A stretch of DNA of 64,000 bases. It comes from an uncultured Pseudomonadales bacterium (GTDB lineage Bacteria; Patescibacteriota; Microgenomatia; UBA1400; PJMF01). The stretch is from positions 6,094 through 70,093 of the forward strand of contig CAZSJW010000003.1 of assembly GCA_964607285.1 (NCBI GenBank). Direction: 5' to 3'. The notes below the pieces were generated by a model. That model saw only the letters and a list, made by a program, of their open reading frames with translations, was not told the origin of the DNA and made no database searches. How positions within the stretch are numbered: the stretch's first letter is position 1; every line of letters starts with the position of its first letter. Shown piece by piece: positions 18,265 to 29,151 of this stretch. The translations under genes and the position numbers were made by a program.

Positions 18265-18296
18265 ACAACCATTCTACTATACAAGTCAGTGCCATA

Positions 18297-19376
18297 CTAT
18301 GAACCAATCATGAACTCTACAACATCGTTTGGTCGCATTACGTACTCTTTACCTTCAATCCGAAGTTTGCCTTTCTCACGTACCCCTTTCCAACCTCCCA
18401 GCGCAATAAAATCATCATAATCTGCCACGTTAGCTTTGATAAATTTTTTCGTAAAATCTGTATGAATTACCCCTGCAGCCTCTGGTGCCTTCATGCCAGC
18501 CTGTATTGTCCAGGCTCGCACTTCTAGTTCACCAGCGGTCAAGAAACTTTGTAGTCCAAGCAGCTGATACACTCGTGCTATAACTCGCTCCAACCCACTT
18601 TCAGCCAAACCAAGTTCGGATAAAAATAACTGCTGATCTTCATCAGACAAACTGCTCAACTCACTTTCAATCTTTGCACTGACAACTAACACATTCTCTG
18701 GCTTGGCAGCTAATTCTTTTGCGTATTCTGAAGCTAACTCAACATGTTTTGATACAACTGATTCATCAACGTTGACAGCGTATACCATTGTTTTTGCGGT
18801 CAGTAAACCGAGTTCTCGAGCAATCTGCAACTCGTCAGCTTGAGCAAACTCTCGAATAGGTTTGCCAGCACGTGCTGCTTCCTGCAAACGCTCCACCACA
18901 GCCCACCGTTTTAATAACTCGGGCTCTTTTGTAGCTTTCGGAGCTTTTTGCTTTTCCAAAGTTGCCAAATCAGCTAAAAGTAGCTCTGTCTCAATTGTTT
19001 CTGCATCTGAAACAGGATTGACACTCCCCTCACGAATAATGTCTGGATCGGTAAAACCTCTGACCACATGGCAGATCAAATCAGTTTCACGAATGTGTGC
19101 TAAAAACTGATTCCCTAACCCTTCACCTTCAGATGCACCCTTTACCAAACCAGCAATATCAACAAACTCAACGGTTGCAGGCTTGATGGTACTGGTATGG
19201 ACAACTTTTGCCAACGGCTCTAACCTTGCATCAGGGACAGGCACAATACCTGTGTTTGGATCTATAGTTGCGAAAGGATAGTTTGCGGCCAAAGCAGCTT
19301 GGCGTTTGAGTAACGCGTTAAACAAAGTTGATTTGCCCACATTTGGGAGTCCGACAATACCGACAGATAATGACAT
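18297..19376 (-). CDS. ychF: redox-regulated ATPase YchF
   Basis: GIVGLPNVGKST, ANYPFATIDPN, DIAGLV.GAS.GEGLGNQFL, TGS domain. Confidence 0.97.
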   Translation of the reverse strand: MSLSVGIVGLPNVGKSTLFNALLKRQAALAANYPFATIDPNTGIVPVPDARLEPLAKVVHTSTIKPATVEFVDIAGLVKGASEGEGLGNQFLAHIRETDLICHVVRGFTDPDIIREGSVNPVSDAETIETELLLADLATLEKQKAPKATKEPELLKRWAVVERLQEAARAGKPIREFAQADELQIARELGLLTAKTMVYAVNVDESVVSKHVELASEYAKELAAKPENVLVVSAKIESELSSLSDEDQQLFLSELGLAESGLERVIARVYQLLGLQSFLTAGELEVRAWTIQAGMKAPEAAGVIHTDFTKKFIKANVADYDDFIALGGWKGVREKGKLRIEGKEYVMRPNDVVEFMIGS

Positions 19377-19405
19377 AGTGCTGCATTATACCTTGTCACA
19401 CCTCA

Positions 19406-22400
19406 TTACGAAGGGGTATTAAATAGTGCTCCCATCGAACCCTGGAACACGCTCATTCCGTATTGGAGGAAAAATGTATCAAAAGAAAAATCGGGTTGTA
19501 GCATAAGTGCAGTACCTTCAAAGGTCATTACCGCTTTCAAAATGCGCATGTAAGTAGGATTTACTTCCAACCCATGATTCCCGCACTCAAACAGAATTGA
19601 ACTAATCATAAGAGAAGTTCTCCCTGAAAACTCGGGAAGTAACTGCTCTAACTTGTGTTCTAACCCAATTCTGTCAAACCTTGCTTGAGATGCTGAGGTA
19701 TCCACCAGTATGTCTACAATATGTTTGGTAGACTTTGTTGTAATGGCTAGAATGAGAGGTACTAGACTATTTCTCTCTCGTTCTGCAGCATACCCAGTAC
19801 GACCAAAGTCCAGCAACTCTATCTCGCCTGTAAGAGGATTGACCCGTACATTTCCAGGGTGAAGGTCATCATGGAAAACACCATGAGAAATTATCTGCCT
19901 AATGAGTAATGATCCCAGTTTGACAACTACATCCTTTTTTAGTGTCGAATCAACTATCTCCCTAACGTTGACTCCTGAAGCAAATGACTGAACCAAGACA
20001 CTTTCACCTGAAAGCCCAGGGTGATAGCTCGGAATAGTGAAGCCTTGTGGTAAATCCTTTCGCATTGCTTCTGCATTCTCCCTCTCTTTGCGAAAATCTA
20101 ACTCTTCCTCCATTGATGTTTTAAACTCAGTAAACATGGCAATTGGATCATAGGTACCACCGAAACGGTCTTTATTGCGCTGCATCAGCCAACACACTTT
20201 TCCAATTCTATCCAGAGTACGTCTCACTACTTGCCGCTTGCTTGGAGTAATGACTTTCACCACCACTGCAGTCCCATCTAGTAAGGTTGCCGCGTAAACC
20301 TCACCAATAGTGCCAACTTTTAGGGCTGTTGTTTCAAATGATCCGAATACTTCTGTAAGTGGCTTGCCAAGCTGCAGTTCCACCGTTTTACGAACTTCCT
20401 CAAATGAGCTTGCTTCTACATCCTCTTGGAACTGCTCGAGCTCAACTCGGTAGTTTTCTGGGATCAGATCTCTTCTCGTACTAAGAAACTGCCCCACCTT
20501 CTCCATCCCCGTTACCTCGAAAAATCGCTGTACTGCTTTTTCTGGAGGCAGCGTCTGGTTTACTTCAAACTCATCCAGAATCGCCCTACGCTCACCATAC
20601 GGCAACAGCATAAAGTACTGCTTCATCATAAACTGCACAACTTCGGGCATTTTTTCAAATACGGCAGGAGTTTCAATGTTTCCCTCCTGAATTGCATCTA
20701 CTCGGCTGATGTATTCAAGCCGAGCTTGGTGAAGAGTATCGCTGATTTCCTGTTTTTTTTCAGTAGGTTGATCTATGTCACCATAGATACGAAGGAGTAA
20801 AATAGCATCAGATGTATCTGGACCCTTTAAAAAACGGATTAGTGAATGGTATTGGGTTGTTCCTAAATTGATTTCACCTGTAACTTCAGTGGTGAGCTGA
20901 GAATAAGTAATACCACCTTTGTTCCAAGGGACTTTTGATTCTTTTTTGAATCGACCTTCTTGTTTATTTCGCCAAAAAATATCTTCTACTTTCTGGAATT
21001 GTGCCTCAGTAAACACAAAATTTGGTAAGTACTTTTGTAATTCTTCTTCAAGATCTTCCACTGTGTAGCTATAAAATGAATAAGATGGAACATCCATATT
21101 CCAGTTACTTTTCACATACATTTCCTCGATGTTTTCCAAAAACTTTTCATATGAGCGATGTTCACCGTTGGAATCAAAATTGGTATCGTACGTTATCAAT
21201 AGATCAAGATCATTCGTCAACGATGGCAACCAAAAAGTTCCTTTGGTTATAAAAAAATCGCGCAACTCGAAAAACTGTTCCTTTGACCCTTTGTAATAAA
21301 TATGTAGACCGCTATCGGGATATCTGTGTACATTTTCGATTTGCCAAGGAACGACATCATGCGTTACTGCAAACTCGAATTTTTGAAAAAACTCACCTGC
21401 TCGATGAGGATTTTTTAGCAAAAATGCCACCATATGATCGTTTGGCAGTGTATCACTGCACAGTATCAACAATTTTTTCATCCATTCATAAAACTGCCGT
21501 TGTTCTGAATCACCTGAGGCACGCACACTAGTAGAGAAGTAATTGTCTACATAACTCGTCACTTTATCTGTTTTTGCCAAGTTTTCAAATACAACTTGTT
21601 GTACCAATGTTGGGACAGCAGTATTCCCAAGTAAATCTAAATAAAGCGGATACTTCATGGCCGCTTCTTCTGCTGAGCCAGCTTGTAAAAATACTCTCAG
21701 TAGTTGTTCAGCTTCTGCTGAAAATTGCGCTCCGCTTGAATACAGTAATTTTTCAAGCGCACCATGCAGCGCACCAATACTCTGCAAGTTCAGTAAATCC
21801 TGTTTAGTGAAGATAAACTCACTCGTTTTAGTGTTTCTGAATGCCACCATCTCCTGAGACGAGATTTCAGTTAAGACCTGCAGTAAATGGACCAAGCGTG
21901 TGGTAACAAGCTCTGGGTTCGAGAGCACTCTTGTCAGTTCTGATAAAACTGCATCCAGTGTCTCTTGCATGTCAAAATATCCAGCGCGTATCCGATTAAG
22001 ATCAAAAAACCCATCAACCACGATAGGACCTTGCAGCACAGTTTCAGCTGTCGCTGGCAAAAGTGCTGCTATGAATGAAAAATGTTGGCTATCATCTACA
22101 CAACTCTGCAAACAGTCAAAATTGCTATCATAGAGGAACTCAGGATAGTACTTTGTGAGGTAATCAAACATATTGCTCATCAGAGTAAAGTTTGAAGAGG
22201 TTATCAACTCATCTTGAATTGAGGCAAATATCTTTAGGATTTCAAGCTCCGTTTTTGCAAATCGGCGATCACTGGCAATCTCATTTGCCATTGTAAGCAA
22301 TGTCACAAAGCTACCCGAGAAGTATGTCCAATCTTTATTCTCAGGTGGAGTCATAGCTATCACCAATTCACTTAGGAGTTGATCTTTTTGAGCATCAGAA

Positions 22401-25400
22401 AGTGGTGAGTGCCGAATAGATTTATATAAATACTTTGTTCCATCAGTAAAGACTGAGGAATTCTCGCCACCACGCTCAAGTACAAGTTTAGCTGTTGCGA
22501 TTTTAAATAACTCATATCCAGTTTCAACCAAACCTTCGGCCTCACAAACTAAACGAGCTGTTTTAATTACTGATCTTGTGTCAAACCTACCTCGCCTTCC
22601 TTGTACATCAGCAAGAAAGCTACTGGTTACTTCATCAAGTATTTGATCAGAGACAGCGGTTTTATCTTGTTTTCTCAAGCTTAGCAACAGTTTTGTTTTT
22701 AAAACTGAATCAAAGTACTGTTGCCAGAACAATGCATTTTTTAAGTTACTCTGCAAATCGTCTTTATGCCGTGATCCATACTGCAGTTTCTGATCAGCAG
22801 TAAAGGTATCAATTTTCCTCTGTGCAGTATGAACCAGTCTTTCCACTTCCTTAGTAGCCCTTCGATACACTATAAGTGCATCTGGAATATTTCCAACCGC
22901 AACAAGCGCATCTAAAGCCTCCATCAGTACAATGGTTTTATACTCAGCATCACTATAATTATTGTTTGGCTCCAGCTCTAACGATTCAACGTTTCGCATT
23001 ATAGTTTCCTGCAATCTGACATCACCTGGATTTGCTAAAGGAATTGCAGTTGCTAATGCACCTATTTTGAACGGTAACTGTTCAAAATGTATGCGTCTGT
23101 AACTTGACCAAGGATATTTTTCATCATACAAGTGAGTTGTCGAGCTCTTAAAATAATGAGGGTTAAAAAATGGCTTCCTAGACTCAGCTAAATCAAGTAA
23201 TGTCTGAATACCTCTTTCATATGCTTTTTGATTATTTTTTTGTCGTAAATCAAACACTGCTTGTTTTTTTTGTTGTTCAAGTACAAGATGCAGGTCAGCA
23301 AAGCTTGTGGGCCTGCTATAGTCATACTCTTTCATCTGTCGTACTCTATCAGAATATCTTTCACTGTTCTCGATACACTCATATTTAGCAAGACTTTTAG
23401 CTGTCTGTAACGCACTTGATTTCCATTCCGCTACAAAATGTTCAACATCTGCATCTGAGATAGTATCAGGCATTTTCTCAGCTGCTAGCTCAAACATGCT
23501 GCACTTTTCAGGAATATTTTCCATGGTGTATAAAAGTTGCAGTCCCTTGCTAAAGTTTGGTGGATCATTAAAAAGATTAGTTAAAACAGAAACATATGGC
23601 TCACTAAAAACTTTGAAATACTCATACTCTTTGTTTTCACTAGAAACGTAGAGTAAAAAGGGAAATGGTCCTAGATTTTTGTCATAAGCAACTTTAAAGC
23701 CTTCTGCTAACACTGCAAGTTGCAATTCAGTAGCAATTTTTGCATACTCTGTTGCTTGTGAAAAAATACTTGATGCAAGTTCCTCATACCGTTTACTGAG
23801 CTCCTGATCTAAAGCGTGCACTGCACGAGAGAGTTTGCTGATTGATACTGCATCCAGAGGAGACACCCTAGTTAACTCAAGATATACTTCCAATTCCTCA
23901 CTTTGAGAGACTTTATTAATGACGTAATCAGCATTAGGTGCTAAAACGTACTCCTCATTTGCCCGTAACTGCACAACCAAAGCATACAGCTCACTTGTAC
24001 TTACTCTCTTTCCCTCCTGTTTACGATTGTCAAACAATTCTTCTACTTTTTTGCGACCTTCTATAGTAAACCTACCATTGTAAGCTTCAACATACCTACG
24101 AAGTAGTACTTTCTTAATTTTTGATTCATTTTGACTCAATTTTTTTTCAATCTCGGGAAGTAACTGCTTTGCCAAGTCAACCAATCCCACTTGAATCAAT
24201 TTCTCTGAAAGTTGCTGCAAATCACCAATACTTGCGCCTCTCACACCATGTCGTTCAATATAGTACTTTATTACGGTAATCCCTTGCTCCGAATATCCCG
24301 CTCGCATCATCGATGCACCCACATCAAACAACTTTTTTGAATAATCTTCATATCTGCTTTTAGTTTTTGCAACTTCTAACACATCCGCAACTAACTCCTT
24401 ATATAGTTTAGCCGCTGCTGCACCAAAGCTTTTCTCGGCAAACAACAATCGTTCAGAAAAATATGACCCACTGCTTGCATCTCTTTTTCTACCAGCATGC
24501 AGTCGTTTTGCAAACTCGCCTGTTAGTCTAATTTTCAATCGTGTTGCTTCTTTATCAGCAACAATTCTTTCTCGAAGCTTGTTTGTCGGCTCGGGCCTAT
24601 TCTCAAATGTTAGTGCCAACAACGACTCCTTGCTAATTTCGACTGTCTTCTCAGCAGTCCCACCTGCTGTATCTTCTTCTTCAATTTCATCTTCATCCAC
24701 ATCCCGCGGTGAGTTCTTCCTTTGCAAGTTCTGGAGAATCTGTGAAAGATACTCCTGTGCTAAACCTACAATCTTGCCTTGAAAAACAGGATCAGATACT
24801 GATTTGAGCAACTTACCAGTATCTAGTTTTATCTGAATTCCACCATTGTCAGTGACGCTCAACCCAATTTCAGGAATACTAATGAGTTCTTTGTTGCGCA
24901 ACTGCCTGACTATATTGCCTGACTGCTGTTTGTAGTACTGATCGTGAAAGGGCGAGATGACTGGCATCTGCTCAACCAATCCCTCAAATCCCCCACTTTC
25001 ATATGCAGCTGCAACTTGTGGCAGGTACTCATCAGAGCCTAAACTTATTTCAACTCCAAACTTAGCCAACTCTTTGCTCAGTTGCAATTCTGCTAAATAT
25101 GAATGCGCCTCATCTCTCATCAATTGTGCATGTAAATTTTTCTCAAGTTGGCTATCTGTGGCATCTAAATCCATCAACAGTTTGCTGTCTTGCACTGGAA
25201 GAGCGTGTTTTATTTCATGAATTAGCATTCTTGGAGAAACCCTGGTGCCACGCTCGATAGATATTTGTGTTGCATACGTCGAAGACCGATTTGCAAATTG
25301 CGCAGCTGACCGCATTGCAGCACTTGCATCACCAATCACTATGGGAACGTGTGCCAGTACATCCTCTATCATTGGCGCACAGTAATCTGGAGATACAACA

Positions 25401-25582
25401 GACAGCAATTCAAGCACTCTTGTGATATCTTCGGGTGTGAGAATGGGGTTGGTCAGTTGCTCTGCAAGAGCTCTCGCTAGTTTTTCAGCCTCTTCTTTTG
25501 ATAACTCAGTACCATTCTGTATCTCTGAAATTGTAGAAAGTACATCTATTTCATGCATAGTGAACAAGAACATTCCATGCAT
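19406..25582 (-). CDS. giant protein: N-terminal HExxH motif, long helical middle, C-terminal ABC1/AarF/UbiB atypical kinase
   Basis: HEIKH near aa 121 followed by DEAHSY. C-terminal KVGQFLSTRRDL, GTIGEVY, VVVKV, EELDFRKE, FHDDLHPGN, LLDFG. Confidence 0.85.
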   Translation of the reverse strand: MHGMFLFTMHEIDVLSTISEIQNGTELSKEEAEKLARALAEQLTNPILTPEDITRVLELLSVVSPDYCAPMIEDVLAHVPIVIGDASAAMRSAAQFANRSSTYATQISIERGTRVSPRMLIHEIKHALPVQDSKLLMDLDATDSQLEKNLHAQLMRDEAHSYLAELQLSKELAKFGVEISLGSDEYLPQVAAAYESGGFEGLVEQMPVISPFHDQYYKQQSGNIVRQLRNKELISIPEIGLSVTDNGGIQIKLDTGKLLKSVSDPVFQGKIVGLAQEYLSQILQNLQRKNSPRDVDEDEIEEEDTAGGTAEKTVEISKESLLALTFENRPEPTNKLRERIVADKEATRLKIRLTGEFAKRLHAGRKRDASSGSYFSERLLFAEKSFGAAAAKLYKELVADVLEVAKTKSRYEDYSKKLFDVGASMMRAGYSEQGITVIKYYIERHGVRGASIGDLQQLSEKLIQVGLVDLAKQLLPEIEKKLSQNESKIKKVLLRRYVEAYNGRFTIEGRKKVEELFDNRKQEGKRVSTSELYALVVQLRANEEYVLAPNADYVINKVSQSEELEVYLELTRVSPLDAVSISKLSRAVHALDQELSKRYEELASSIFSQATEYAKIATELQLAVLAEGFKVAYDKNLGPFPFLLYVSSENKEYEYFKVFSEPYVSVLTNLFNDPPNFSKGLQLLYTMENIPEKCSMFELAAEKMPDTISDADVEHFVAEWKSSALQTAKSLAKYECIENSERYSDRVRQMKEYDYSRPTSFADLHLVLEQQKKQAVFDLRQKNNQKAYERGIQTLLDLAESRKPFFNPHYFKSSTTHLYDEKYPWSSYRRIHFEQLPFKIGALATAIPLANPGDVRLQETIMRNVESLELEPNNNYSDAEYKTIVLMEALDALVAVGNIPDALIVYRRATKEVERLVHTAQRKIDTFTADQKLQYGSRHKDDLQSNLKNALFWQQYFDSVLKTKLLLSLRKQDKTAVSDQILDEVTSSFLADVQGRRGRFDTRSVIKTARLVCEAEGLVETGYELFKIATAKLVLERGGENSSVFTDGTKYLYKSIRHSPLSDAQKDQLLSELVIAMTPPENKDWTYFSGSFVTLLTMANEIASDRRFAKTELEILKIFASIQDELITSSNFTLMSNMFDYLTKYYPEFLYDSNFDCLQSCVDDSQHFSFIAALLPATAETVLQGPIVVDGFFDLNRIRAGYFDMQETLDAVLSELTRVLSNPELVTTRLVHLLQVLTEISSQEMVAFRNTKTSEFIFTKQDLLNLQSIGALHGALEKLLYSSGAQFSAEAEQLLRVFLQAGSAEEAAMKYPLYLDLLGNTAVPTLVQQVVFENLAKTDKVTSYVDNYFSTSVRASGDSEQRQFYEWMKKLLILCSDTLPNDHMVAFLLKNPHRAGEFFQKFEFAVTHDVVPWQIENVHRYPDSGLHIYYKGSKEQFFELRDFFITKGTFWLPSLTNDLDLLITYDTNFDSNGEHRSYEKFLENIEEMYVKSNWNMDVPSYSFYSYTVEDLEEELQKYLPNFVFTEAQFQKVEDIFWRNKQEGRFKKESKVPWNKGGITYSQLTTEVTGEINLGTTQYHSLIRFLKGPDTSDAILLLRIYGDIDQPTEKKQEISDTLHQARLEYISRVDAIQEGNIETPAVFEKMPEVVQFMMKQYFMLLPYGERRAILDEFEVNQTLPPEKAVQRFFEVTGMEKVGQFLSTRRDLIPENYRVELEQFQEDVEASSFEEVRKTVELQLGKPLTEVFGSFETTALKVGTIGEVYAATLLDGTAVVVKVITPSKRQVVRRTLDRIGKVCWLMQRNKDRFGGTYDPIAMFTEFKTSMEEELDFRKERENAEAMRKDLPQGFTIPSYHPGLSGESVLVQSFASGVNVREIVDSTLKKDVVVKLGSLLIRQIISHGVFHDDLHPGNVRVNPLTGEIELLDFGRTGYAAERERNSLVPLILAITTKSTKHIVDILVDTSASQARFDRIGLEHKLEQLLPEFSGRTSLMISSILFECGNHGLEVNPTYMRILKAVMTFEGTALMLQPDFSFDTFFLQYGMSVFQGSMGALFNTPS

Positions 25583-25652
25583 TTATTTAATCAGAAAAAT
25601 CAAAGAATAGAAACGATGTAAAATGTTGAGACAATAGTCAACATGCACACAG

Positions 25653-26717
25653 CTACTCACCTTTTACCTGAGAGTCGAAAAACTCAATAGATCTGCGCAT
25701 AGCAGCACTGAAATTTTCAGTCAAATTGTGATCATCTCCTGGATACACATGCAGATCTACTATCTTTCCTTGGGTTTCCATTTGCTCAGCTAGTGTCTCT
25801 GAAAACTCCACAGGAACTGAAGTGTCTGCTGTACCATGATGTAGCTGGACTGGACCAGAAATTTCATCAATAAAACTATTAGCAGAAAGTGAGTTCCAAA
25901 AATCTGGATTCTCTTCTGGCTCACCATATTCTTCAATCAATTGAGCTCGCCAACGACCCCGTTGCGAACCCAACATCGGCGTGGGTGGCGGAGCGTTTCC
26001 CCTACGCCAGTTTCGAAGTAAATCTGGGTATGACCCAACGACACCAGCCCAAATTACTCCAGCTTTGATCGATGGATCCACAACCATTGCCCGCATTGTT
26101 ATGTGTCCACCCATTGAGTGCCCCCACATACCAATCCGTTGCGCATCTGCATCAGGATGTCTTTTTACTGAAGCCAAAGCGTTCAGTACATCCACAGTAT
26201 ATGCATTTGATCCATATCCGCCGACTGCCTCGCCCTCAGACTGATCATGCCCACGATAGTCTGGTCGAATTAGCATGTATCCATTTCGTGAAAACCCATC
26301 CGTGTACGCAATATACCGCTCTGTAGTTCTGTACTCAGAGGGAGCTATGTACCCATGATTAAATATAATGACAGGCCAACCAGTCTGCGGCCTCTCTCCA
26401 TTTGGTATTGTTAGAAGAGCGTACTGTTTCAGACCTTCTGAGAGATATGAAACACGGTATCGTTGATAGTTTGTTCCTGGTGAGAGTGTTTCTTCAATTA
26501 CTAAATCACTGCCAATATACTCAACTGATTTGAGTGCGGTGATTGACAATGGATGTGGTGCTACAGGCGGCAGAAGTGCATCAATGGTTTTCTCACCACT
26601 AACTGCTGTAAATAATGATCCTGAATCTGTATCTACCCAGGTTACATTGTTCAGTATTACGAAAACTCCAACTAACGCACAAACACAAATCACAGTAAAA
26701 AGCAAAAGTTTCGACAT
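25653..26717 (-). CDS. secreted alpha/beta hydrolase (S9-like peptidase)
   Basis: N-terminal TM, NHGY, DYRGH, GHSMGG, HGTADTSV, GDDH catalytic triad. Confidence 0.9.
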   Translation of the reverse strand: MSKLLLFTVICVCALVGVFVILNNVTWVDTDSGSLFTAVSGEKTIDALLPPVAPHPLSITALKSVEYIGSDLVIEETLSPGTNYQRYRVSYLSEGLKQYALLTIPNGERPQTGWPVIIFNHGYIAPSEYRTTERYIAYTDGFSRNGYMLIRPDYRGHDQSEGEAVGGYGSNAYTVDVLNALASVKRHPDADAQRIGMWGHSMGGHITMRAMVVDPSIKAGVIWAGVVGSYPDLLRNWRRGNAPPPTPMLGSQRGRWRAQLIEEYGEPEENPDFWNSLSANSFIDEISGPVQLHHGTADTSVPVEFSETLAEQMETQGKIVDLHVYPGDDHNLTENFSAAMRRSIEFFDSQVKGE

Positions 26718-26765
26718 CTACTACATAGTATAGTAGTTCGCCGTAATCCGCACAATTAAAAAAAA

Positions 26766-27434
26766 CTAGAGCTGTTTCTCATCCCGCAGCCAACGCACGC
26801 CCAGGTACACCAGAGGTGTCTCAAGTACTGACATACTACACTTCAGTAACCAATAGGGAATTATTAAACTCAATAAAAATATCCAGTTTGCCTCAAGAGA
26901 TTTATCAAATGAGTAGAACGCTAACGTGATGAATACAGTTGTATCTACGAACTGAGAAATAAAGTTTGAAACGTTGTTCCGCAACCACAATCGTTTTTTG
27001 CCCAACACCTCCCGTAGCTTTGCAAATATATACACATCAAGAAACTCCGCTAACGCAAAAGCTATCAAACTAGCGGCAGAGATCCGAGCTGACTGGTGAA
27101 AAATTGTATCGTACGCACTCTCAGTGGGCGCAAATCGAGCCGATGGAGGCAGTTGTGTGGCGAGCAAAGTGAACACAAGCAGTAGCGCTACCATGAATAA
27201 ACCAGAACGCACCACACTTCTTGCCCGCTCCTTACCATAAACCTCAATAATCACGTCATTGACCGTAAAAAGAATTGGTATCAAAAAAATTGAGACACTT
27301 GCATTCAGCTGATACCCAAAAATATTTGCTAACGGAAATGTCTTGCCACCCATCGTCTCTGCCACCACAATACAAAACGTATAGAGTGAAACCAAGAGGT
27401 CAAATTTCTTGATAGTCATCAGTGCTCGAATCAT
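26766..27434 (-). CDS. yhhQ: queuosine precursor transporter (VUT/YhhQ family)
   Basis: DVIIEVYG, RISAASL.AF...FLDVYIF, LWLRNNVSNFISQFVDT, ETP.VY. Confidence 0.9.
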   Translation of the reverse strand: MIRALMTIKKFDLLVSLYTFCIVVAETMGGKTFPLANIFGYQLNASVSIFLIPILFTVNDVIIEVYGKERARSVVRSGLFMVALLLVFTLLATQLPPSARFAPTESAYDTIFHQSARISAASLIAFALAEFLDVYIFAKLREVLGKKRLWLRNNVSNFISQFVDTTVFITLAFYSFDKSLEANWIFLLSLIIPYWLLKCSMSVLETPLVYLGVRWLRDEKQL

Positions 27435-27458
27435 GGCGCGATTGTACCATCAACATTC

Positions 27459-28739
27459 TTATTTTCGCATCAGTACAATTCCAAAGGGAGTGTTTCTTCC
27501 TGGCCCAGCTACATATCTTCCTGCTGAATAGAGTGCTGTTGAACCACCACTATCTAAATTAATTCCATGCTGTAATCCTATTTTTTTGAGTACCCAAGCA
27601 ACCTCAGCGACAGTCGCACTACGCACGACACCAATGTAGACTGTACTCCCTTGTGCCCCAATGAAACTTCGAGACCCTCTACTTCCCTTTTTTGGATCTC
27701 CATCACCACCAAATCGAATATCACCATTTTGTAATAACAAGGGTTGAGCAGCGATGACAGCGTCTACACCAGTATCTCTCCCCCACTCTTGACTAGCACC
27801 TACAAAGCGTGCTGAGTTACCACTGAAAATCACTGCAGGAACTGCGCTATAAACGTTGTTAGCCGAGTTAAAGTATGTCTTCTGCTTATTCATGAGCAAG
27901 GTATCAAATGAGTTGGTTTTGCCCTCACAACTAGGATACTCTGCAGGACAAAAATAAGGACCATTTATACCTGCAAAACCGCCAGCTTTTGCAACAAAGT
28001 TTGCCAATGAATCAACTGGACAACCATTACCGCAATCACTATTACTAGCAGTTTCCACTACCACACGAGTACTGTTTAAGTCAGCAGCTATGATATCTAC
28101 TACAAAAGACCCAACATCAGTTTCTACCGTTTGCCTGCGATAGCCACTGTTTGGAGCAGCATTATTAACTGGTGCAGTCAAACCTGGATTTGAGCCCGCT
28201 GCGGTAAGCTCTGCCAGTCGGGTATCAACAGCTTTTTTTAGGTTTGAAGATGCTCCGATTGCCAGCTGGTACTCACGCTTAGAAAGTGCGGTTAAAATTG
28301 CGCTATAGCTGGACTCAAAAGTTTGCACTTTGCTGTCGTCTTCGGAAAGCTTTAAGAGTGCTTCATATACTATGACACTCTGTTTGTATGCATCTTCCAA
28401 ACTCTTTATTTCCGCTTGTAAATCTTCGTTGCGCTTAAACTGATCCTCAGCTCGCAACGCAGCGAGTTCACCACTTATTGAAGACAACTGGGTAGTTAAC
28501 TCTGCTCGTTCATTAGTAAATACCTGTTCTGTCTGCTGATGAGTAATAGCATACTTATCCCTCAATGCTCTATAGCCACTGTATGCTGCCACCCAATATG
28601 CAATCGCACCAATTAGTGTTGGCACAAGTATCCCCAATACAACTATAGAGAAGACAGTACGTAATTGGAGATACAGAGTTTGAATACTGCGCATGGTGCT
28701 ATACAAATCAGGCTCTGATACCACAGAGCCTGAATACAA
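27459..28739 (-). CDS. membrane-anchored phosphodiester glycosidase (NAGPA) family protein
   Basis: TM, coiled coil, GINGPYF, SRSFIG, INLDSGGSTAL. True start may be ATG 28694. Confidence 0.8.
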   Translation of the reverse strand: MYSGSVVSEPDLYSTMRSIQTLYLQLRTVFSIVVLGILVPTLIGAIAYWVAAYSGYRALRDKYAITHQQTEQVFTNERAELTTQLSSISGELAALRAEDQFKRNEDLQAEIKSLEDAYKQSVIVYEALLKLSEDDSKVQTFESSYSAILTALSKREYQLAIGASSNLKKAVDTRLAELTAAGSNPGLTAPVNNAAPNSGYRRQTVETDVGSFVVDIIAADLNSTRVVVETASNSDCGNGCPVDSLANFVAKAGGFAGINGPYFCPAEYPSCEGKTNSFDTLLMNKQKTYFNSANNVYSAVPAVIFSGNSARFVGASQEWGRDTGVDAVIAAQPLLLQNGDIRFGGDGDPKKGSRGSRSFIGAQGSTVYIGVVRSATVAEVAWVLKKIGLQHGINLDSGGSTALYSAGRYVAGPGRNTPFGIVLMRK

Positions 28740-28754
28740 GTATATTGTGTAGGT

Positions 28755-28997
28755 TTACCACCCAAGTTGCATGTACAAGTACACCAATAATCCAAAGCTT
28801 ACTAAAAAAGTTAGCAATAAGGCTTTTGCATTTGGGTGCTCTTGGTAAAAATCATCCTGTTGTGCTCGAAATGATTTTTGAGCTGGCATTGGTGCTGACC
28901 GCATCACCGTCATCTTTTTTGGTGCAGCTTTCTTTGCAACTGATTTCTGCTTGGCAGATTTTGCTGGTTTGCTAGTACGGGCAGTTTTTTTGGGCAT
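28755..28997 (-). CDS. small Lys-rich protein with C-terminal TM
   Basis: MPKKTAR… basic N-terminus and hydrophobic C-terminus. Confidence 0.6.
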   Translation of the reverse strand: MPKKTARTSKPAKSAKQKSVAKKAAPKKMTVMRSAPMPAQKSFRAQQDDFYQEHPNAKALLLTFLVSFGLLVYLYMQLGW

Positions 28998-29097
28998 AGG
29001 CTTTGCTATTGGTACATGTATTACTGCTAGTAATAGTAGCATAGTTGCACAGGGCAACTCAAATAGCAAATTCTCCATGATATTGCCAAATTTGTAG

Positions 29098-29129
29098 ACA
29101 AAAATCCCGCACCAGTTACGGTGCGGGAT
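29098..29129 (-). terminator. terminator after pilin gene
   Basis: ATCCCGCACC-N6-GGTGCGGGAT followed by a T-tract on the minus strand. Confidence 0.75.
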
Positions 29130-29151
29130 CTAAGTTGAAAACCGAACTTAT

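Noticed and set aside
27435-27458. preQ1 riboswitch upstream of yhhQ
   Set aside because: Only 24 nt of intergenic space, with a -10 box 6 nt before the ATG, leaves no room for an aptamer.
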